Assembly: GCF_009914755.1 (NCBI RefSeq)
Contig: NC_060936.1
Source of the DNA: the human T2T-CHM13v2.0 reference genome, Homo sapiens
DNA length: 64,000 nucleotides
Strand: one strand, 5' to 3'
The position numbers and the translations under genes were made by a program. This document shows, one piece after another, positions 43,971 through 60,059 of this stretch. The notes below the pieces were generated by a model, which searched no databases, was not told the DNA's origin, and worked only from the letters and a program-made list of their open reading frames with translations. Positions within the stretch are counted from its first letter, which is position 1, and each line of letters starts with the position of its first letter.

Positions 43971-46282
43971 GGGTTAGAGCAAAGTCAGAGCTTTCTGACT
44001 GGGAAGAAAGCTCTCTGTTAATAAGACCAGACCAGTGGGAAGATGAGGTAACTGCCAAATGGAGGTGTGGGAAGAATGGCTTGGAGGCAGGGTCTGCCCT
44101 CCTGTGTGGACTGTCTAGGCAGATTGATGGGGGAGCAAGATTCTCCAAAGCTACATGATGCTGTCACCCATCTTGGTCTGGTACAGGGCCTCGGCCTCGG
44201 CCTAGCTCCTCTGGGCAATCTCCTCATACTGGGTGCAGACCTTGGCAATGATACTGTCCAGGTCCAGGCAGCGGTTTTTGTCCATGGAAAGAACCACAGA
44301 CGTGTCGCTGGTGTCTGACTGCATCTGGGACAGCTCCCACAGGGCCAAGCAAACATGCCCCCTCCTGAGCAGACCCACACTAGGCTTCCCAACAGAGCTC
44401 GGGAAGCCACCAGCTCAGGAGAGGGGTGCTCAGGACTGAGGGACCACCACTAGAGGCTTTTCTGGAAGGCAATGGCCACTTCTACAACAGAAGAAAGAAG
44501 GTGAGGACGCAGAGGTTCGAATGGTGCAGGTAGAGAACAGAACTACCCACAAAGGTGGGCCAGTGTCTCTCTGGTCGGGACAGACAGACTCACAGTCCTG
44601 CTGGACTTCTAAATGCCCTCTCCTCTAGGAGGCAGGGCAGGTGAGTCCCGAGGAATGGCAATGAGGAGAGACTTCCAGCATCGTAGAGGGCTTTCAGGAA
44701 GTTCATCTCGCCTATCATCCTCTCCACGTTGGCCTCCAGCTCCACTTTGGTCATGTGGGCAGCATCGACATCCTGGGAGATAATTCAGTCACTGTCTCCA
44801 CAACCTGTGGCTCTGTCCAGTCCTGCATACTATGGAAAGGGGCAGGAAGAAGGGGCCATGGGGCCCTGCCCCTGGGAGCTCCCACTCAGGGAAAAGGAGA
44901 CCCCATCCAGGCACAGGCAGCTGCACCCTAACATTGCTAAACCAAGTACTCTGCAGGCTGGGCTGGTGAACGCACACCAGGGAAGGGCACAAAGAGACTA
45001 TAAGGTGAGAGGAAGAATGAAGTCTGGGGCTGGGGCCCTTACACTGAGACCAGGGGAGAAGAATATGTGAGGAAGGGGGTCTGAGGGAGAATTTAAATTT
45101 GCCACACTCAAAGTCTCTCTCTTTAAATAGCTCCTGGGAATGCACTCCTAATAGAAAAAAGAAAGAAATTATTTCTTCCTTTGGTCCATTTTGTAATCAC
45201 AACTTAAGGCCTAATCAGGTTCATAAACTCTGCATGCCCATCAGGAAAGGACTTGGCAAAAGGCTGCTGGGACCTTCACACCCTTCAACAGGTGTGGGCA
45301 GGGAGCTGCGGGGGCCTGAACCCTGTCTGGCCTCCTCCCTCTTCCTGGCCCTCACTTGCAGGGCCTACAAGAAGTCCTCAGATCAACAGCACTAAGCTTC
45401 TGCCTCCCCTCCACTCTCAAACCACTCAGGTTAGCAGGGCTTTGGGGTGGGAAGCTGGGAAGAGGCCCCTCACCTTCTTCAGGACCACAAAGTCATTCTC
45501 TGCAGCTGTGCACTTGCTGACCTCATCTTCATACCTGTGAGAAAAAGGTCACCTGTGGTCTGCCTTCTCTCAGTCATCCCCATGGACCCAGAGCACATCC
45601 CATGAATCACATGGATTCAGGGCTTCTTGTCCCACCAGTTTAGCCCAAGGCCTGCATCTTTCCAATGTATGGCCTTCTGGGTTCAGGTAAGACCCAGTTC
45701 ATTCTACAGACATTTACTAGCACTTAATATGTGCCAGGCACCACTTAATAATGATGATGATGATAATTGGACAGTGAAGTAGATACCCCTTCCTTATACT
45801 ATTCTGATTGATCCTAGAAGGCTTTCTGGAGAAATTTTGATTTTTTTCAACTATTTATGGGACCAGAGGGAGATGGCTGAGCTGCCAAGAGCTTTCAGGG
45901 GAATTTTCTGGTGCCAACTCTGTGTACAGCAAGTACAGTAGCACCATGGGCTCTCCATAGGTACTTAGTGAGTATTCTACAGCAGATGCAGTCTCCAGAA
46001 AGATGTTTACAATCCTGGGTACACTGCACTCAGGCGGGAATTAGAGAAAACCACAGAGAAATGTCTCTCAAGCTGACCTTTTCCCAAGAAGGATCCTAGA
46101 TGCAACTGAGCCCTGCATTTAAACTTAACCACTGGCTAAAGATGTCTCAAACTTTTATTTGCTATGAGACATTTCTGCACAAAATTCAAGGCTAGCCATA
46201 TAAGCAGGGGAGTAACTATCAATCAACTGGTCATTCAACAAACATTTGCAGAGCACCAAGCAAGTGTCAGGCCTTATACTAG

Positions 46283-46711
<429 letters not shown>

Positions 46712-48407
46712 TAAATAAATTCATCCAGACACCCAGATGTCTGCCAGGAACCAGCTAGGTACCTCTAGAAGGTCACTTAACTTTCAAGAGCTTCACCTCT
46801 AAAAAGGTGTGATGTTCCAATGTTAAGACTAACTTCTTCATCTTTGCCCAGGACACATATGAAAATGGGACCCCGCAAAGAATCACTACAAGCCCTTTCT
46901 GTGAGGCCTACTATTACCCCAGGGTCACAAAGAGATCTCCACACATTGTGCCCCAAGAGTACTGATGACACTCTCAGCAGCTAACCAAGCCCAGACACCA
47001 CACAGTCACCACTGTCATTGCCATGGTTTCCCTTGCATGGAATGTCCAGAACGCAGACACCCCCATAAACCATTCATTCAGCCAGGCCCTTGCACGTATA
47101 CGTGCAAACAAGCCTCACATGCCGTCAACATTTGCAGTTCCTCACACTAAAATCATCCTATGAGAAGCACCTAGGAGGAGGTGCCCCTTAACCCTCATCT
47201 CACGTCACAAAGCTGATGGCAGGTTGACTCATCCCTCAAATACAAATTCAGCTTGGGCAGAGTCATCCTCTCTTTCAAAGACGAGCAGCTTGCAAATCCT
47301 CTGAGATGGAGGGGGAGTTCTGCGTTTGGGTTTCAGAAGGCAATGGTTAGGAGACATCAATGATGGCAGCCAGCAGTCCCCAGAGCAGCAGCCTCAGCAG
47401 CCCCTCTGAGGAGACGAGGGACGGGGCACACAGAGGGATGGCACCTCCATCCAGGGAGGGGCTACAGCGTTTTCCTCACCTGTTGCTGCTGTAAGCAGGC
47501 CCACTACTGCTGAGATACCACAGAGGGCTTGACATATTGGGTGAACCCACAACTCCTTCCTCAGACTCATAAGGAGAAGAGGGAAAAAAAAAGACCAACA
47601 CGACTGAGCCAGATTTCCTCACTGTCTAGCTGGCTTGAGATGGGCTCACCTGTCGATGAAGGAGGCAAACGTTGTTGAGGGTCTTGATCTGCTCCCGCTT
47701 CTGGGCCTTTACTTGCCCAAACTTAAGGTCAGTCTCCTGGAGGGGCTGAAGAAGGCTCTGGTTGACAGTCACTTCCTGGATTCCACCCAGGAAGCCACCC
47801 AGATCACTGAGGTCACGGAGGCCACCAAAGCCACCAGGACCACCAAAGCTTCCAGAACCACCAAAGCCACCAGCTCCTCTGCAGAAACCCCTGGCTCCTC
47901 CTCTGAAGCCTCCAATTCCTCCGCCAAAGCCCCCAGCTCTTCCACCAAAGCTTCCACCCATCCCTCTTCCACCACCTCCAAAACCACTGCCTCCAAAACA
48001 TCCCCCACCAGGCCCCCCGAACCCACCAGCCCCGCTGAACCCACTAGCCCAGGTGCCACCTCCAGCCACACTGATAGGGATCGTCTTCTTCCCCCCAAGG
48101 CCATGGAGACTCTGGCTGCAGAAACCTCCCCCCATCATGGCACAGGCAGCAGACCCACCCACCACCAGCCCTTCCTGAGCTGGAGGCAAAGGAGGACATG
48201 ATGGAGCTGATCCAGCTGTGGCCTGACACCACTGCTAAGTGGCTGCTGAAGGTCTGGCAGTAGGCCCCACCAGAAGACCTGCAGGGCTGCTGGCTGTAGC
48301 TTATCTGGCGACTCATGGCAGACAGCAAGGTCTTCCAAAGGAAGGGTGGGCTCAGAAGGCTGGAGGAAACTCAGAAGCCTTCTGAAGTTCTGGGATGGGG
48401 ATGGCCC

Positions 48408-48489
48408 TTATGTAGAGCCTGGGAGCTTGGCTGGCTGATGGTGCCAGCCACCTAACTGAGGTATTAGCAGCTTTGGTTTGCCTGGCAGC
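48408..48489 (-). promoter_or_regulatory. Relic promoter of first pseudogene (TACATAA plus AAACCAAA module)
   Basis: Same spacing and motif as the KRT1 promoter; TATA carries one substitution. Confidence 0.6.
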
Positions 48490-51341
48490 AACAGGTCGAG
48501 TTCAAAACATGCAACACACCTTGATAATCCCTCCAAATTTCCAAATTACTTTGTTTTCCCAGGGTTACTTCCCTGAAATAACCTTAAATTGGGAGAGGAA
48601 CAATCCTGTAGGGCTGGACACAACCCTTAATCCCCAAGAGATCTATGACCCCATGCTGAGAGTGACAGGTCAGCACTTCTCTGCCCCTCAGCCACTCAGC
48701 CAGACCAGCCAGCCTCAGGAGGTTCCCAGGATGGGTGCACAGCCCCAGTGGGGGCAGGACCCCAGGCAAGGACTCCAAGGAAGAAAGGAGAGGACAGGGG
48801 AGGGCTGTGAAGGTGACGTTGTGGCTGACAAGGAGAAGGAAGTTGCAACAGAAGTTCAAGAATGCACAGCAGCTGCCTCTAGGACCTCATCCTTCAGGGA
48901 GGAGGTGCACATATGAATGCACAAAGAGCAAGTTCTCAGCCACAGGGACACCTAGAACTGGGGTCTAAGGGGCCTTGGAGGGAGAGCTGCAGGGGAGGAG
49001 AGAGGAATCAGTCTGACAAGGACAGGAATGAGCATGGCTGGAGAAGAAGTCAAGGTCACTGCCAAGTGCCCTAGGAGAGGGTGAGCAGAGAGAGGGGCTG
49101 AGGCCAGCCTGGGCAGGGTAGAGAGAATGGACCACTTGGGCCAGGCCAGAAAAACCATCAGCTTTTCCTCTTCCAAACTTGTACAACAAAAATGAATCCA
49201 GGATTCCCAAGACCCTCTTCCTTCAGTTCACGTGAGACACCACCCCCACCACCTAGGAAGCTCAGATCCTCACCAGTAAAATTTCAGAATAACAAGGGCT
49301 TCTTCTTAAGTCTGTTAGGGGCATAATATTTGGAAGAAGTTCTGTGTGACATGAAATGTTACTCACTTTTGTAACATTTACCTCTACTTACCTTTGGCAG
49401 CAAAGACTACCTTTGATGACACCAATCCTGACAGCACAAACCAAGGCTGGAAATGAGCCTCTGCAAAGGCCAGCCCCTTTTAAAATGACCTTTGCCTTTT
49501 CCTCTTCTAATCTAACCTCCAATTCCCTCTGATCCGTGCTCATCCAAGAACCCTTCTCTCATTGATCTCACCTTCTCCCCTTTGCTCAGACCTGACTTCC
49601 TAGCCACTCAGCACCTCCTTCTTCCCTTGCCAGCTCACTGGAGGGAGGGCCAGTTCAAACCAGTGACCTGCCAAACCTCAGGGAAGCCCCTATTCCTCTC
49701 CATCAAGTCACGAAAGACCCTCAAGTAAAGTGGAAGAGAATGAACTCGGTGGAGAGAGAGAGAAGCAAAACACACCATAAATTCACACCAACACACACAC
49801 ACACACACACAAACAGACATCACAGAACCACAGGCATGCCCACAAGGATGGACACGCTCATCACAATTCCCTGCCCAGGGCACTCTTCCCCATGCAGCCC
49901 TTCGTGCCACAGGTAGACATCGTCCTCACCACCTTCAAAACCTTGGTGCCTACCCCATCCCCCAGGGCCCTGATTCTTGCTCAAAGCTCCTTGCTGACCT
50001 AAGAAACCAAGATATGGCAGCTGGATCCAAATAGGGGCACAGACTGAGAGGAGACCCAGGTCCCAACTCAACTCAGCCACTGAGTCTTCCCCTTGCCAGG
50101 CCTCAGTTTCCTCCTCTGCACAATGAGGGCTTCAGACTTGAGTAGAGGATTCACGTTGGACCTACTGAAGCCCCAGGGTTCAAATGAGGTATGAGTGGGA
50201 GAAAGGGATGCAGTGGGCAGTGTTCTGGTCTCATCACCACTGCCACCCTGACACCTCCATGCTGATCTCTTAAATGAAAGACTCTGCTGTTTAAAAACAA
50301 TTTGGAAACTCCTGGGCCCATTGCCCTCTGGATCACTTCCCGTGCTGATGGTGGGGCTCAGCAACATAACATAAAACCGCTGTCTTTGCTCACATATGGG
50401 GCTGATCCTGACTCCAAAATCCAAGTCATGTTTTGGTTTCCAAGTGTGGCCTATGCTTTTGTCAAGAGAGGCCCCAGGAGCAAATGAGAAAAGGTGTCCC
50501 ACCATCCTCCTGTCCCCCACTTGCCATTTGTAAATCCTTGCTATTGAAGGGGAACTCTGCAGAACAATTCACTGGTTTCCACCCCTTGACCACTGCCAAT
50601 GACCTGGCCCAGTCTGAATACGCAAAGAAGTCAGTTTGCATTTTAACATCAAGAACAAATCCCAAAGAGATTAGGGTGGAAGTTGGGGCTCTAATGAGGA
50701 CCCATCCCAAATCCCTTCATTAGCAGTGGCAAATCCCACCAATCCCCCACACCTGCAAACTAGAAAAGTCCAGCTATTCTCCTCTGTTGCCTCTTCAAAA
50801 AAATTAGAGTGCACTGCTAGCCAGGGAGTCGCCAACCCTAGAATTAAACCATACGGGCCTTTCCTGGGGATGAGGGCACAGAGGCCCCAGGAGAGACACT
50901 GAGCCCTGCCCTCCCTCCTCTCCGTGGCCATGGCTATGCCTCCCAGGCTGGCACCTGACCGAGGCCCCTCTGCTCTGGGGCAGCAGTGCCCTCACCAGTG
51001 GAGTCCAAGGGCAGAGGAACAACCGCATCTGCCATTGTTCCTGCCATGAGGCAGTCCCAGCTTCTCAGGGAAATGGGGCCCTCAAATGTAGCACCCAGGG
51101 CTGAGGCCAGAGCTTGACAGTACATGGCATGGCAGTTGGCAGATGATGCTGGGCCAGGGAGGGCAAGTGGGGAGAGCAGAGTTGGGACAGAGTTGTGTGT
51201 GTGGGAGGCTTCAAGGGGAGCACATGGATGGGGCCCTGGGGCAGATTGGGCATGAGCCAGGAGGAGTTCAGCTCTGGTTCCCTGGGCAGACTGTCCCACT
51301 CTGTGCCCTGCAGTCAAAGGGGAATCTGTTCCATAAGAAAT

Positions 51342-51644
51342 TGTTGGTTTTGTTTTGTTTTGTTTAAATGGAGTCTCACTCTATCACCCCGGCTAGAGTG
51401 CAGTGGTGTGATCTCCGCTCACTACAACCTCTGCCTCCTGGGTTCAATTGATTCTCTTGCCTAGGCCTCCCAAGTAGCTGGGACTACAGGCAGCCACCAC
51501 CATGCCCGGCTAATTTTTGTAATTTTGTAGAGATGGGATTTCGCCATATTGGCCAGGCTAGTCTCAAACTCCTGACCTCGGTTATCCACCTGCCTTGGCC
51601 TCCCAAAGCGCTGGGATTAGAGGTGTGAACCACCGGGCCTGGCC
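51342..51644 (-). mobile_element. Alu (AluS-like), TSD AGAAA(T/C)TGTT
   Basis: (GTTTT)n tail and dimeric Alu in reverse orientation. Confidence 0.92.
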
Positions 51645-53369
51645 AGAAACTGTTCTTCAATACCAGGTGACCTCTGAGCTGAGTCTCACTGAAGAGGGCC
51701 AGCCTCATGGCATCTGAAACTTAGGAAAAAAGGTCTTGGGCCAGGCAGCTGCAACTCGAAACTTGGCCCAGCCCAGAAGGAGAAGGCCCAGGGAGTGAGG
51801 CAGCCTCTTCAATGTGCGCAGACCTACCTACCCCAGGAGGCGGGCAGAACAATGCCATGGAAAGCACCCTGGATAAAGGCAAGAGCCCCAAGTTCCAGTC
51901 TCCAGGCTCCTCTGGGCCTCCTTTTAGCCCATTGTAAAGTAGAGCTGATAAACCTCTTCTCTGCCTGTTGAGCCTCTACTCCTGAGCCCATCAAGGGCCA
52001 GGTGAGTGAAGTACAAAAAGGGCCTTATAAACTAGAAAGCAGGAGCGCCTTGGGAACTGAGGGATCACAGCGGCAGCAGGGAGTCAGGCCGTAGAATGCT
52101 AGCCAGGTAGCAGGCTCTAAATTGACACTTATAGACTTTTTCAACCTTCATGGCAACCCTCTAGCTCTTTTTTTACAGATGAGGGAAACTGAGGCTAAGG
52201 AGTTAAACAACTTTTCCAGGGGCCCACAGCCAATAAGTGGCAGAGCCAAGCCTCCAGTTCAGTTTCTGTCCCAGCCTGGAGCACATGCTACGGACTGAGA
52301 CATATACGACTCAGAGCTCTGGAAAGGCTCCTTGTGCAGGCACTGGCAGGATGTTCTGTGTCTGTCCCTTCCTTCTGTGTCTGTAAGTTCTCAGCTTACA
52401 GAACAAGCCCTGACTCTGAGCAATTGACCTGTATTTGATCATGTTTGCAAAGTGGTGTGGAATTGATAGAAAAGGCACAAACAGGACTCCGTGCTTCTCT
52501 AAGCATAGTCCTTAGAAGGGCACTTTGCATGGTTTTCCCAGCAAAGGGGATGGTTTGTGCTGCCCCAGCTTGCTCCTTCCTCAGCAGGATCAAGGGTGTG
52601 ATTATGCAAGCTGATGGGCCAGGAGAGGGCCACAGTCTAGACCTAAAACCATTTCCCTTCCACCCTAAGCCAACTCATTTAGGAACCAGCCAAAGTCCCA
52701 GCCCCAACACGATGCCTCATATGACCAGCCTGGCCCCCTGAGCTCTCCTGGCCTCAAGCTCCTGGGACACTCATTGTCCCTATGGTGTCTATAAGTCAAA
52801 GAAAAATATCTTACTTCTCAACCAGTGTAGAAGCCATGGGAGGGCAGGCCCCATACCCGGCACATACACCCACCCAGCTCCCAGCCAAACTTATACAATT
52901 CAGAAAGTTCTTGGTTCCTAAAAAAGCCAAGCCATAGCCTCACACGTGTACATGACACTTAATAGTATCTGGCATTTGTGGAGTGTCTTGAACTTGTTAA
53001 AGTCCTTTCATTTATCTACCCTGACAGACCAATGGGCAAACATGCCACACACAGACACACACCCTCTGTGACTCACAGACAAAATACTTTCATACAACCT
53101 GTAGCCCCAAATGAAAATGACAAAAGCATTAAGCATGAAGTAGGTTTAAAACTGATGCAGTCAGAAAGTAGAAGCCATCTCAACCCAACCACTGGCTCTG
53201 GTTTCTGCCAAGAAGCATGAAAATTGGAGCAGGGATCTAGAGTCAGGCATAATGGGTGCTCCTGCGTTCTGTTCAGAGAATCCAAGAAGGAGTGTCCAGA
53301 AGGGTTTCCCCTAGAACTTCATTCCCTCTAAGAGATGCAACATTGACCAGTATCCATTTAGTCATCTCT

Positions 53370-53870
53370 CCAAACATTTATTCAATCACTCAGCAATGAT
53401 TCGTGGAGCACTTGCTTGTGTCAGCAGAAGGCTTCCCAGTAGAAGACAATGACACACAAAATACAGTTCATGGTCTGGGGGAGCCTACAGTTTTGTTGAA
53501 GGAAGTACCAGGCATGTAAATAACACCTTAGAGCACATTGGAGTCAGCGTTATTGACAGTAGATCAAAGTACTAAGGTGTGAGAGGAAGAAAGGCTATTG
53601 AAGGCATCATAGAGGAGGTAATTTTGAGTAGCGTACTGAGGGAGGGGTCGGAGTGGGCCCAGTGGGTGGACAATTCAAAAAAGACACCACTGGTAGAGAG
53701 AGGGAAATCTAATGTGGTGGGGGAAGTATTGGTAAGGCATCCCACATGTTCAGTATAGGCGTCATAATGGAGGAGGAGAGATGATGGGGAAGGAGCTGAA
53801 GGTGTAGGTTGAAACTGATTGCATTGGTCTCTTTGTGCTATGCTGCAGATTTGGGACTTTGCTCTGTGGG
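53370..53870. mobile_element. L2 LINE fragment (degraded)
   Basis: CATTTATTCAATCACTCAGC...GAAGGCATCATAGAGGAGGTAA...GGACTTTGCTCTGTGGG. Confidence 0.5.
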
Positions 53871-54267
53871 CAGCTACACATCAGGACCACTGGGCAGCTT
53901 TTAAAAATCCAGATCCTGAAGCCCTACTTCTGGTCTCCTGAATCAGAATCAGGGAGCATGGCCCGGGCACCTGGATTTTTTTAAAGCTCCAGTTTGCTTT
54001 AATTCTGATGGACTAATTCCCAGAATGTAAGCAATTTTACTAAAGGAGAAAATGTCCCCATTTTTATAAAAGGCTAGGGGAAGGGTAAGAGAGAGTCACT
54101 TGTCTTCACACAGGACATAGAGTTGGATCTAGTCCAAGGGCTGAGCCAAGCACTCAGCTCTAGATACAGGTACAAATGCTGCTGATAGGGAAGCGCCACT
54201 TACCAATCAGCAGGGACTCCAAGGGGCAGGCACCTTTGGAGCACATCATTAAGAACATGAAAAGGCA

Positions 54268-54471
54268 GGGGGAGGTGGGAGGGATAGCATTAGGAGATAT
54301 ACCTAATGTTAAATAACGAGTTAATGGGTGCAGCACACCAACATGGCACATGTATATATATGTAACTAACGTGCACGTTGTGCACATGTACCCTAAAACT
54401 TAAAGTATAATAAAAATAAAAAATAAAAAATAAATAAAAAGAAATTCTACATATATACATTTAAAAAAAAA
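54268..54471 (+). mobile_element. Short L1PA3-like 3' end with 17-bp TSD and a short 3' tag
   Basis: GGGAGGGATAGCATTAGGAGATATACCTAATG...ACCCTAAAACTTAAAGTATAA; TSD AAGAACATGAAAAGGCA at 54251-54267 and 54472-54488. Confidence 0.95.
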
Positions 54472-54850
54472 AAGAACATGAAAAGGCAAACCGCAGACTG
54501 GGACAAAATTTATATTTGCAACACATATGCCTGAAGGGTCTCAGAAAGATTACAATGAGCCAGGGAAGCCAGACACAAAGGAGTACATTCTATATGATGG
54601 CATTCCTATGAAGCCCTAAACACAGCAAAACTAACCTATAGTGACATAAAGCAAGCCTCAGCCTGGTGCTGGGGATTGGCAGGGGATTGACTGCAAAGGG
54701 GCACGAAGAGCATTTTGGAAGATATTCTATATTTTGGTTGCAGTTGTGGTCACGCAGGGATTTACATTTGTCAAAACTCATGGAACTGTACTCTGAAAAT
54801 GGGTGCATTGTTACTGTATACAAATTATGTCTCAATGAAGTTTTTTAAAA
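54472..54850 (+). mobile_element. Old L1M fragment (ORF2 piece and 3' UTR)
   Basis: AAAAGGCAAACCGCAGACTGGG...GAAGCCAGACACAAAGGAGTACA...GTCAAAACTCATGGAACTGTAC. Confidence 0.75.
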
Positions 54851-55329
54851 GGGGACAAGAAAAAGAGACAGGAAGGACAGGATACGCATGTTCAAGACAG
54901 CATGAGCTCTGAGCTGTTCTTTGGAATAGCTGTTCCTGGGAATAGGATTTGTATGTCCTGCATTTGTGTGTCCCGATATACACTAGACTGTAAGTTCCTT
55001 AAGGGGGCATCCATGTTATAGTCATCTCTGTGGCCACCGCCCCCATGGTACATGGGCCAGATTGGTGCTAGATGAAATTTGAATAAATGTATGAGTGAAA
55101 CTAGAGTAGGCAAACTCACCCAGGAACAATATGCAACATGAAAAGAACAGAGCAAAAAAGAAAGAACCCAGGGAAACACCTATTTTTTAATATTTTTCAA
55201 TATTTTTCATTTTATTTTTAACTATAGAATATTTCAATCATACTGAAAACAATAGAGCTAACACCTGTGTGTTCACCACCAAGATTAAGTAGATTTATAT
55301 GTCTTTTCATGTTTTAAATGAAATGTTAT

Positions 55330-56009
55330 AAAACCCCCAGTGTGAAAGGCCAAAGAGTAGAGATTTTAGAAGAAATCAGAGAATGTCTCCATGGCCTTGA
55401 GAGCATAGAGCAGGATTCTTAAACAGGACACAAAAACACCACAAGAAAGAAAAATATGATGAATTAGAAGAAGTAAATTTTGAATAAGTAATTCTGCTTG
55501 TCAAGTAGCTTAATTAAGAGAGTGCAAATATCCCCCCCAGAGTGGGAGAAGATATTCATAATTTACGCATCTGACAAAGGACTCATATCCAGAACATATA
55601 AAGAACCGCTATAAATTAGTAAGAAAAAGACAGACAACCCCACCGATAGAAAAATGTTCAAAAGACGGGACCAAAGAGTTATCCAAATGGGCAATACACA
55701 TGTGAAAATGAGCTCTACGTCATTAGCCACTATGGGACATGCAAATTAAAACCACAAAGATACATAACAGTCCCCATCCAGAAAAGCTAAAATTCAAAAG
55801 AAAGAAAATAGCTAGTGTCAGTAAGAACTGCCCTGCCTTCCTGGAGCTACTTTGGGAACTGTCTGGAGTATCTACTACAGCTGAACGTATGCATACCCTA
55901 TGAACAGCAACGCCACTGCTGGGTACACACAAAGACACGGAGTGCATAGGTGATTCCCCAAGGGCCATGTACGAGAAGGCTCAGAGCAGCTTTGTTCCTA
56001 ATAGCCTAA
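55330..56009 (+). mobile_element. Old L1M ORF2 3' fragment abutting truncated keratin exon 5
   Basis: GAGTGGGAGAAGATATT...TCTGACAAAGGACTCATATCCAGAA...ATGCAAATTAAAACCACAA...CCTAATAGCC. Confidence 0.8.
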
Positions 56010-56861
56010 AGCAATCTCCTCGTACTGGGCGTGGACCTCAGCAATGATACTCTCCAGGTCCAGGTGCCAATTGTTGTCCAGGGAGAGGATGACGGACATG
56101 TCATTTGATTCCGACAGTAGTTGGTTATACTCCTGCAGACACGAAGACAATTCTGCTTACATCTAATGGACAGGCCCCTACCACAAACCCCCAAAGTTAG
56201 CTTTTTAGTGATGCCACTAAAAAACACGATGACCAAGATGCAGGCCGAAATCTCAGCCAGCAGGCTAAAGAATGAAAAGGCGTCTGTCTTCTAATCCTAC
56301 TGCAGGATGCATGCATCTCTTTGTCCAGGTACCTTGGATTGGGGAGGAGACTCTAAGAATGTTATCCATAGGCACTGGCAATCATAGATGTGGGGGACAC
56401 AGAAAAGGGGGAAGAAAAAAGAAAGGGAGTTAGAATATTTGATAGATAAATAGTTTCAAAGGTCTCAGAATCTGAGTAGATGGTGTGGTAATAAATGTGA
56501 AGGAAAAAAAGGAATGAATGAAAAAAAAATAGGGCTTAAGAGAATCACTCATATCTTAAACATATATTGGGAAGGAAGGGGGCCTTACAGCCTCAGAGAG
56601 GGGCTGCAGGAAGTTGATCTCATCCATCAGGCTCTCCACTTTCACCTCCAGGTCCACTTTGGCCACCTGGGGAGGGAGAACACCAGAACAGCAATTGGCA
56701 TATTTTCATTTGCTTAAAGCCTGTACTGGTCCATAATTACAGCAGACCAGTGATGGGCATATTCTCATTTGCTTAAAGCCTATACTTGTCCGTAATGGTT
56801 ATGAAGGGAAGTGGAAACCACTTTTACCCTGGTCATTAAACTTAGGTTAAGAGTGGCTTGA

Positions 56862-60059
<3,198 letters not shown>

